Origin: Candidatus Eiseniibacteriota bacterium
GTDB lineage: Bacteria > Orphanbacterota > Orphanbacteria > Orphanbacterales > Orphanbacteraceae
DNA length: 64,000 nt
Direction: 5' to 3'
Assembly (NCBI GenBank): GCA_043809585.1
Contig: JBDROZ010000052.1
Span: forward strand, 1 to 64,000
Shown: in pieces, positions 28,775-36,145 of the stretch
Position numbering within the stretch: position 1 is the first letter of the stretch
How the letters are laid out: every line of letters begins with the position of its first letter
Program-made: the position numbers and the translations under genes
The notes under the pieces: generated by a model
The model's database searches: none
Told to the model about the DNA's origin: nothing
The model's input: the letters and a program-made list of their open reading frames with translations, nothing else

Positions 28775-30196
28775 CTACGGCTCGAGAATCTGCTTCAGGA
28801 TCTCGGGGTCTTCCTCGTCCATGGCCAGAAGGGTGTGGCAGGTCTCGCAGTCGCTGTCGATCTCGTCCCCCTCCTCGTTCATGTGGTCGCCGGCGTGACA
28901 GCGAAAACAGCCGCCGTCGTTTCTGTGGCCCACATGATTCGGATGGGGATTCCAGGAGAGGTTCATGTCGGGGAAGATGTTCTTGTCGTACAGGGCCCGG
29001 AGGTACTCGGCCGCAGCCTCGATGGAGGGGCCTTCCTCCCGGGCGATCTCGGGATGGTTCTCCTCGTAGAACGCCGCGAGGGCGACCGGAATCGACCGGA
29101 GGGCGGCCTCCTTGGAATCGTACTCGGCGGTCAGGAGTTCGAGACCCGTCGTCTTTATGTAGGGGAGGCGGGTGTCGAGACGGCCCGCGGCGAGGGCGCC
29201 GTCGAGGGAAAGCGCCGGGTCGTCGAATGTGTGGGTCGGCCGGTTGTGGCAATCGATGCAGTCCATCCGGCGCCGTTCTCCCGAGGCGAGAAGCGAATCG
29301 GCGACCGGCTTCCCCCCCTTAGTGTAGACGCTCTTCGATCCATCGCGGCGCTCCACCTCCACCCAGACGATCTCCTCCCGCTTTTCGTCGGCGGCGATGT
29401 ACGTGACCCGGTTCCCCGGGTCGGTGTGCCAATGGATGCCCGACGGGAAGCCGCTCTCGGCGCCGCCGCCCCCCACCTTCAGAACCATCACCGTCTCCCG
29501 GGCCGTGTTCTGCTCGTCCTCGTCGAAGTGGGTCTTCACGAGGAGCTTGTCGCCGTGGAACCGTTCCGGCCAGTGGCACTGCTCGCAGGTCTCCCGGGCC
29601 GGGCGGAGGTTATGCACCGGCGACGGGATGGGCCGTTCGTAGGTGTCGAAAAGGACCGCGAATACCTGGGACATGCCGTTGACCTTGTACTTCACGAAGA
29701 AGTCCGCCCCCGGCCCGATGTGGCAGGAGACACAGGGGACCCGGGAATGGGGGGAACCTTGGTAGGCGGCGTACTCCGGCTCCATCACCGTGTGGCAGAC
29801 CTCGCCGCAGAAGGTGTTCGAGTCGGTGAAGTGGATGCCGTGATAGGTGGCCAGGAAGAGGATGGCCACGTTCGCGCCCGTCAGGATGAGGAAGAGAATG
29901 ACGCGGCGCTGCTGCTCCCGGCGGGAGAGATCGACCACCACCCCGAACCGCTCGCCTCGGGCCCGGAGAAACCGCCCGAGCGGGATCAGGACGAGTCCGG
30001 CGATGAAGAGCCCCGGGAGGACCATGAAGGTGAAGATGCCCTTGTAGGGACCCTCGAACGCGCCGAGGAGGCTCATGGCCGCGAAGACGAGGAAGAGGAC
30101 CCCCGTCGTCGTGGCCGTGACGACGCCGACGAACCCGACCGGATGGGCGGTCATGGAGCGGAAGAACCCGAGCCAATCGGTGCGCAGCTTTGCCAA
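28775..30196 (-). CDS. NapC/NirT-domain membrane-anchored 6-heme cytochrome c
   Basis: 3 N-terminal TM helices; FCGEVCH (Cx3CH), CVSCH, CEQCH, CIDCH, CFRCH, CETCH; GGAGGAGG RBS before TTG. Confidence 0.88.
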   Translation of the reverse strand: MAKLRTDWLGFFRSMTAHPVGFVGVVTATTTGVLFLVFAAMSLLGAFEGPYKGIFTFMVLPGLFIAGLVLIPLGRFLRARGERFGVVVDLSRREQQRRVILFLILTGANVAILFLATYHGIHFTDSNTFCGEVCHTVMEPEYAAYQGSPHSRVPCVSCHIGPGADFFVKYKVNGMSQVFAVLFDTYERPIPSPVHNLRPARETCEQCHWPERFHGDKLLVKTHFDEDEQNTARETVMVLKVGGGGAESGFPSGIHWHTDPGNRVTYIAADEKREEIVWVEVERRDGSKSVYTKGGKPVADSLLASGERRRMDCIDCHNRPTHTFDDPALSLDGALAAGRLDTRLPYIKTTGLELLTAEYDSKEAALRSIPVALAAFYEENHPEIAREEGPSIEAAAEYLRALYDKNIFPDMNLSWNPHPNHVGHRNDGGCFRCHAGDHMNEEGDEIDSDCETCHTLLAMDEEDPEILKQILEP

Positions 30197-30386
30197 CGAA
30201 AAACCTCCTCCCGGACTTCCGGCGATCGAAGGCCGGCCGGTGGCAGCGGGATATGTTCTTTCTCATTCCCCGGCTTCCCGGAAAGGCGCGTCGAACGCCG
30301 CTTCGAGGCCGGACGCGATCATACGGGGCCGCGGGCCCTTTGGCAACCGGCCCGGGCGCGGCGCCCGGAGGCCGGACCGGCCGGTC

Positions 30387-31658
30387 CTATTCCAGGGTCC
30401 GGATCTTCAGGTAGAGCAGAACGGCGAGAACGGAGACGATCAGCGTGGCGACCAGGAGGCCGTCCCGGCGGTAACGGTATTCCTTCATCGCCCCGAGGGC
30501 GTCCGCGTTTACCTGCCGGGCCAGCTTCAGGCCCTCGCCGGTGGAGGCGACGAGCGGCTCCGGTTCGAAGCCGTGGAGAATGGTCCGCGACTCGTACAGC
30601 TTTTGCCGGGCGTCCCGCCAGAGGAACTCGGCGTCCGTGAGGTACATCCCCTTCTGGATCGCCCCGTGGAGGGCGGCCTCGGAGACCGCGAGGGTGTCCG
30701 ACAAATCCAGAAGGGCCCGGCTCATCCGGAGGATCGCCTCCGCCGCGGGCGAACCGTCGTCCTCGTGGCACTGGGCGCAGAGGGCGCCCTCGCCGAGCCC
30801 GACCGCCCCGTCCGTCAGGGGCCGGATGGCGTGATTACCGTGACACGTCTCGCACTCCGGGAATCCCGCGTCGTCGAAGATCGCCTTCTTGGGGCCCCGG
30901 GCGAAGAGGGCGCGGTTCTGCACGTGGCACTGTCCGCAGACGCCGGAGATGCTCTTCACCTCGGGGGGGAGAGCGCCGTGGTTGCCGTGGCAGTCGTTGC
31001 AGGTCGGGGCGGACAGGTCCCCCCGATCGCGGATGAACTCCCAGTGCACGCTCTCGTGGTAATCGGCGACCTGGTCGGTCGGTATGCCGTAGGGGGCCAT
31101 GAGTGCGGCGTCGGAGTGGCAGTGCCCGCAGGTGTCCGAGAGGTTCCGCGGGTGGATCGGCGACTTCGGCTCCGAGGCGGGCCGGATGTCGTGGACGCCG
31201 TGGCAGCTTACGCAGGTCGCCGCGCTCCGGTCCCCCTTGCTCCACAGCTTCCCGTGCCGGCTCGTCCGGTAGAGGGTGAGCTGGTCCACGGGGAGGCGCG
31301 GATTGAACCGGCGCATGTACTCGGGATCCTGGTGGCAGCGCCCGCAGAATTCGGGTGATTCCCCGTGGGCCGGCGCGCCCAGGAACCCGGCGGACGCCGC
31401 CATCGCCTCGTCCGGGTCGTCGGTCGCGGGATCGCCGCCGTGGCAGGCGGCGCACCCGAGCCCCGACCGGGCGTGGATGTCGGCCCCGTAGAAGAGGTCC
31501 ACGTCGACCACGTCGCTCCCGAGGTCCTTGTGGCAGGCCGCGCAACGGTCCTCCTCCGGGACCCCCGCGGGCTCCGCCGCGAAGACGTCCGGAAGGGAGA
31601 CCGTCGCCATGGCGGCGAGGACCGCCCCGTAGACCGCGATGAATCCGCGCCGGCTCAT
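30387..31658 (-). CDS. 9-heme cytochrome c with C-terminal membrane anchor (c subunit of the Rieske/cyt b complex)
   Basis: 9 CxxCH, N-terminal signal, C-terminal TM helix; ATGA overlap with cytochrome b. Confidence 0.88.
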   Translation of the reverse strand: MSRRGFIAVYGAVLAAMATVSLPDVFAAEPAGVPEEDRCAACHKDLGSDVVDVDLFYGADIHARSGLGCAACHGGDPATDDPDEAMAASAGFLGAPAHGESPEFCGRCHQDPEYMRRFNPRLPVDQLTLYRTSRHGKLWSKGDRSAATCVSCHGVHDIRPASEPKSPIHPRNLSDTCGHCHSDAALMAPYGIPTDQVADYHESVHWEFIRDRGDLSAPTCNDCHGNHGALPPEVKSISGVCGQCHVQNRALFARGPKKAIFDDAGFPECETCHGNHAIRPLTDGAVGLGEGALCAQCHEDDGSPAAEAILRMSRALLDLSDTLAVSEAALHGAIQKGMYLTDAEFLWRDARQKLYESRTILHGFEPEPLVASTGEGLKLARQVNADALGAMKEYRYRRDGLLVATLIVSVLAVLLYLKIRTLE

Positions 31659-32752
31659 ACCATGTATCCCCACAGCGTCATGGCGATGATGAAAAGCACC
31701 ACGAAGATCCCCACGGCCCTCACCCAGGCCGGCATGCGCCCGTCCGCTCCGGGCCGGGCCCAGAAGGGGACGAGGAACCAGAGGAGCCCGGCGAGGCCGA
31801 AACCGAGAATCCCCGCCACCTCTCCCTCGATCGGCCCGATATGCGCGGGGAGGAGCTTCAGGGTCTGGAACATGAACATGAAATACCACTCGGGCCGGAT
31901 TCCCTCCGGCGCGGGGGCGAAGGCGTCCGCCTTCTCCCCGAGGGGCCACTCCAGCGGGCCGATGCCGAAGGGGGCGACGACGGCGAGGATCGCGAGCACG
32001 TTCAGCACCACGAGCCAGAGCAGAAGGTCCCGGAGGAGGAAATTCGGGAAGAAGGGCATGGACCGGCGCCTCTTCTCCTCCGTCCGCTCCCACGATTCGG
32101 GGGCGCTCATCCCCTGGCGCTGAACGAAGAGGAGGTGGAGGCCGAGTAGGACGAAGGCGATTCCCGGAAGAATCGCCACGTGGACTCCGAAAAAACGGTG
32201 GAGCGTGGCGTCCGTCACGTCCTCTCCGCCCCGGAGCAGCTTCAGCATGGCGCCGCCCACGAGGGGGACGGCGCCCATGATGTCGGTTCCCACCTTGGTG
32301 GCGAAGAAGGAGAGCTCGTTCCAGGGGAGGAGATAGCCGCTGAATCCGAAAAAGAGCACGAGCAAGAGGAGAACCACGCCGCCGATCCACGTGAGCTCAC
32401 GGGGTTTCCGGTAGGCGTGGGTGAAGAACACGCTGAACATGTGCAGAAAAGCGAAGAGCACCATCAGGTTCGCGGACCACGAGTGAATCGACCGGATCAG
32501 CCACCCGAACCGGACCTGGGCCAGGATGAACTGAATGCTCTCGTAGGAGGTCTCGATCCCCGGCTTGTAGTACATCATCAGGAGAATGCCGGTGACCACC
32601 TGCACCACGAATAGGAACATGGTGACGCCGCCGAGGTAGTACCAGAGCGATTCGCCGTGAACCGGAACCCTCTTCTTCTTTCCGAACGCGATCAGATCGT
32701 CGACCTGGTACCGGTCGTCGATCCAACCGTAGATCTTCTCGCCGCGGGTCAT
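31655..32752 (-). CDS. Cytochrome b of a Rieske/cyt b (bc-type) complex, unsplit
   Basis: Four His ligands (SIHSW, FLHMF, GVHVA, GLHLL), GYLLPW, Qo motif PEWYF. Confidence 0.95.
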   Translation of the reverse strand: MTRGEKIYGWIDDRYQVDDLIAFGKKKRVPVHGESLWYYLGGVTMFLFVVQVVTGILLMMYYKPGIETSYESIQFILAQVRFGWLIRSIHSWSANLMVLFAFLHMFSVFFTHAYRKPRELTWIGGVVLLLLVLFFGFSGYLLPWNELSFFATKVGTDIMGAVPLVGGAMLKLLRGGEDVTDATLHRFFGVHVAILPGIAFVLLGLHLLFVQRQGMSAPESWERTEEKRRRSMPFFPNFLLRDLLLWLVVLNVLAILAVVAPFGIGPLEWPLGEKADAFAPAPEGIRPEWYFMFMFQTLKLLPAHIGPIEGEVAGILGFGLAGLLWFLVPFWARPGADGRMPAWVRAVGIFVVLFIIAMTLWGYMV

Positions 32753-32797
32753 CGCTCGATGGTCTCCTTTAGGAGCGGCTCATGCCCGGGTCCCGGA

Positions 32798-33241
32798 TCA
32801 AGTGATCTTCGAAACGAACACGTCGTCGTTCTGGACGTCCACCTTGAATACCTCGAGGGGCCTCGGCGGCGGTCCGGAGATGTTGATCCCGTTCAGGTCG
32901 TACTTGCCGTTGTGGCACGCGCACCAGATGACTCCCATGTCCTTCCGGTATTGGACGGTGCAGTCCAGATGGGTGCATGTCGCGTTGAACGCCTTGAACT
33001 CCCCGTCCGGGGTCCGGATGATGATCCCCGGCTTCCGGCCGAACTTGAAGATCTTGGCCGAGTCGGGAGGGATCTCGGAAACGGGCCCGACCCGCACGGA
33101 CGAGACGTTCGCCGTCGGATCCTTGGGCGGCTTGAGATAGGCGAGAATGGGAAAGAACACGGCCCCGAGCCAGGCCAGCACCCCGCCGGTCAGGAGGATG
33201 TCCAGAAATCCTCGGCGGCTGGTTCCCTGCCCGTCGCTCAC
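32798..33241 (-). CDS. Rieske [2Fe-2S] subunit
   Basis: Tat motif SRRGFL, CTHLDC, CACHNG, GPPPRPL. Confidence 0.95.
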   Translation of the reverse strand: MSDGQGTSRRGFLDILLTGGVLAWLGAVFFPILAYLKPPKDPTANVSSVRVGPVSEIPPDSAKIFKFGRKPGIIIRTPDGEFKAFNATCTHLDCTVQYRKDMGVIWCACHNGKYDLNGINISGPPPRPLEVFKVDVQNDDVFVSKIT

Positions 33242-33421
33242 GATCCGGTCCCTCCCCGAAGGCGAGAGGCGCCGGAGCGGGCGAACCGCGATGTCGGTCG
33301 AGGAGAGGGTCGTTTCATCGAACTTCCGGGTTGAGGTTCGGGAAATTCTGCCCCCGGGAGGCCGCTCCCGTCAAGGGAAAAGCCGTCGATTGGATTCTGC
33401 ATCCGGCGCCCGGCGGCGATG

Positions 33422-33450
33422 TTGCCACGGGGCGCTCCGGCCGCTACAAT
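33422..33450 (+). promoter_or_regulatory. sigma70-type promoter for the kinase gene
   Basis: TTGCCA-17 bp-TACAAT. Confidence 0.6.
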
Positions 33451-33479
33451 ACCGGCGTCGTCCACGGGAGAGGAGAACG

Positions 33480-34109
33480 ATGCTCGTCGGATTCGCGGGG
33501 AACTGCGGCACCGGAAAGTCCACCATAGCCCGGGAGGTGGTCCGCCATTACGACGGGGTCCTGGTCCTGGAGGACGAGAAGGCGAACCCCTACTTCTCCG
33601 ACTTCATCCACGGCCGGAAAGAGACGGCGTTTCACGCGGAGCTCAGCTTCCTCTCGAACAAGCTGAAGGACATCGACGAGGCGAATCCGCAGCGGATGGT
33701 GGTGGTCGACCGTATTCCCGCGGAAGACGTGGAGATCTTCGCGCCCTACTGGAGGGACGAGGGATTGCTGAACGAGACCGATTTCGGGCTCTACCGGCAG
33801 GTGGCCCGGCAGCTCCTCCGGGCGGCGCCCCCCTTCGACGTGATAATCTATCTTCACGGGGCGATCGAGTGCCTCGCGGAGCGACTCCGGGGGAGGCGGG
33901 GGAGCGAGTACAACGAACGGATCGACCGGATGGTGCGGAGCCTGCAGCCCCGCTACGAGCGGTGGATCGAAACGGTGAAGACGCCTCTCATCAGATTGCC
34001 CATCGAGGAGCACGACTACTTGGGACCGGGCTGGAAGGGGGACCTCGCCAAATTGGTCGACGAGATCGAACGGTTCCGCTTCCCCCTACTCCGCGATTCC
34101 TCCCGGTAG
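33480..34109 (+). CDS. Deoxynucleoside kinase family protein
   Basis: P-loop GNCGTGKST, NPYFSDF, VVDR, IIYL...RLRGRR. Confidence 0.85.
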   Translation: MLVGFAGNCGTGKSTIAREVVRHYDGVLVLEDEKANPYFSDFIHGRKETAFHAELSFLSNKLKDIDEANPQRMVVVDRIPAEDVEIFAPYWRDEGLLNETDFGLYRQVARQLLRAAPPFDVIIYLHGAIECLAERLRGRRGSEYNERIDRMVRSLQPRYERWIETVKTPLIRLPIEEHDYLGPGWKGDLAKLVDEIERFRFPLLRDSSR

Positions 34110-34322
34110 CTCTTCGCGGGAATCCAGGATTTCCCGCGCCCGCGCCTCGTCCTCGGGCCGCACGAGTATCCTCACCTTGCCGATGCCGTTCACCGTGATC
34201 GGATGGACCGACTGCACCAGGTTCGAGTGGTACATCGCTTCGATCCCCGCGCTCTCGAGCACGCTCTTCAGGACGAGGGCCTCCGAGTCGTTCTGCATCA
34301 CCGCGATCTCGACGAGTTCCAT
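34086..34322 (-). CDS. DUF2007-like small putative signal-transducing protein
   Basis: EALVLKSVLESAGIEA...VRILVRPEDEARAREIL pattern; AGGAGG RBS. Confidence 0.8.
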   Translation of the reverse strand: MELVEIAVMQNDSEALVLKSVLESAGIEAMYHSNLVQSVHPITVNGIGKVRILVRPEDEARAREILDSREELPGGIAE

Positions 34323-34421
34323 AGGCGGCCTCCTTTCCTCATGAGTATACCCCCGTCCCCAATTCCGGAACAGGAGAAGTACCCGGTTCGAGAACCCGCC
34401 GGGGGCCGCCCACGCTCCCCT

Positions 34422-35105
34422 TCACCGGTCATTTTCCTCCCGCCGGAAGCGATTGACGGCGAGGTGGGCGAGGCGGGTCGGCTCGGGAATGCGATACCCT
34501 CGCCCGCAGGCGAGCACGGCGCGCCTCGCGGCGGCGAGGCCGGTCTTGTGGCCCACCGAGACGTAGACCGGTTTCACGCCGTCCCGAGTGCGGAGGGCGG
34601 AGCCGACGGTCTCTCCCTCGTGGACCATCGGCGCGTGGGCGCCCCGCCGCCGGCCCGGTTCCTCATGGTTGCCCACGAGCACCGACTTGGCGCAGCCCAC
34701 GCTCGGGAGGTCGAGAATCAGTCCGAGATGGGAAGCGAGGCCGAACCGGCGGGGATGGGCGATCCCCTGGCCGTCGAAGAGGACGAGATCGGGGGCGCTC
34801 CTGATCTTGCGAAAGGCGGAGATGAGGAGCGGCGCCTCTCGGAAGGAGAGCAGGCCGGGAATGTAGGGGAAACCGCTCACGCCCGTCGCCCGGGCCTCTT
34901 CGACCACCTCCATCGTCTCGCCGCGGAGCACGAGGACGACGGCGAAGAACCGGTCGGTCTTCTTCTCGTAGGAGATGTCGGCGCCGGCCACCAGGCGGGG
35001 CTTCCGCGGGCCCCCCCGGCGAACGACCCGGGGGGCGAGTTCCGCCTGCAGCGCGGCGGCGCGCCGGTAGGTCAGGTCCCAGCGATGGATCGGCGTGACG
35101 CGCAC
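34422..35105 (-). CDS. nfi: Endonuclease V
   Basis: VAGADIS, FPYIPGLLSFRE, DGQGIAHPRRFGLASH, PVYVSVGH, RIPEPTRLAH. Confidence 0.96.
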   Translation of the reverse strand: MRVTPIHRWDLTYRRAAALQAELAPRVVRRGGPRKPRLVAGADISYEKKTDRFFAVVLVLRGETMEVVEEARATGVSGFPYIPGLLSFREAPLLISAFRKIRSAPDLVLFDGQGIAHPRRFGLASHLGLILDLPSVGCAKSVLVGNHEEPGRRRGAHAPMVHEGETVGSALRTRDGVKPVYVSVGHKTGLAAARRAVLACGRGYRIPEPTRLAHLAVNRFRREENDR

Positions 35106-35114
35106 GGTGCCTCC

Positions 35115-35143
35115 TTGAGAGGGGAATCCCGCATCAGTATAAT
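35115..35143 (+). promoter_or_regulatory. sigma70-type promoter for the GTPase (divergent from nfi)
   Basis: TTGAGA-17 bp-TATAAT. Confidence 0.7.
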
Positions 35144-35164
35144 GGGATCTCCGAGGAGGTGGCC

Positions 35165-36145
35165 ATGCCGGCGAATCTGACCCCCCAGTACTTCCACGCC
35201 GAGGAGAAGTACAAAGAGGCGAAGAACGTTCGGGACAAGCTGAAAGCCCTCCGGGGCATGCTCTCGGCGATCCCGAAGCACAAGGGGACGGAGAAGCTCC
35301 AGGGGGACATCAAGCGACGGATCGCCCTGCTCACGGAGGAGGAGGAGAGGGCGAAGAAGAGCGGCGGCCGGGGCCCCGGCCTCGATCACGTGCCCCGGGA
35401 GGGATCCGGGCAGGTGGTGATCGTCGGCGTGTCGAACGCGGGCAAATCGGCCCTCTTCGACGCCCTCACCCACGCGGAGCCGGTCGTCGCCCCCTATCCG
35501 TTCTCCACGCAGAAGCCGCAGCCCGGCATGGTCGAGTTCGGCGGCGTTCAGATCCAGCTGGTCGATTCGCCGGCCTGGTCGGACGAGTACATGGAGGCTT
35601 GGGTCCCGAACGTGGCGCGGTCGGGGCACGCCGTGATTCTGGCGATCGACCTCTCGGGGGAGACGGACCCGGAGGATCAGCTTCTCACGATCCTGGGGCA
35701 CATGGAGGAGGCGGGGATGTCGCTCGTCCCGGAGCCGGAGTGGGGGACCGCCGTCATCGGGGACCCGGTCTTTCGGAAGCGGGCGCTCGCGCTCGGGACG
35801 AGGGCGGACCTGGCGAAATCGGTCCCGGCTGAAGTGGGGGGATTCCCGATCCACCCGGTGTCGGCGGAGACGGGGGCGGGGATGTCGGAGGTGCCGGGCA
35901 TGCTCTTCGACCTGCTCCGGATCATCCGGGTCTATTCGAAGATGCCCCACAGGCCGCCGGACTACGAACGGCCGTTCACGTTGGATGCGGGGTCGAACGT
36001 CGGCGATCTCTGCCGGATCGTGCACAAGGACTTCGCGGACAAGCTCCGGTTCGCGAGGCTCTGGCGGGAGGACTCGTTCCAGGGGATCCAGGTGCACAGG
36101 GATCACGATCTGGTGGACAAGGATGTCGTCGAGCTTCACATGTAG
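35165..36145 (+). CDS. DRG/OBG-family GTPase with C-terminal TGS domain
   Basis: MPANLTPQY, IPKHKGTEKL, G1 GVSNAGKS, G2 YPFST, IQLVD, IIRVYSK, TGS tail VHKDF...DKDVVELH. Confidence 0.88.
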   Translation: MPANLTPQYFHAEEKYKEAKNVRDKLKALRGMLSAIPKHKGTEKLQGDIKRRIALLTEEEERAKKSGGRGPGLDHVPREGSGQVVIVGVSNAGKSALFDALTHAEPVVAPYPFSTQKPQPGMVEFGGVQIQLVDSPAWSDEYMEAWVPNVARSGHAVILAIDLSGETDPEDQLLTILGHMEEAGMSLVPEPEWGTAVIGDPVFRKRALALGTRADLAKSVPAEVGGFPIHPVSAETGAGMSEVPGMLFDLLRIIRVYSKMPHRPPDYERPFTLDAGSNVGDLCRIVHKDFADKLRFARLWREDSFQGIQVHRDHDLVDKDVVELHM

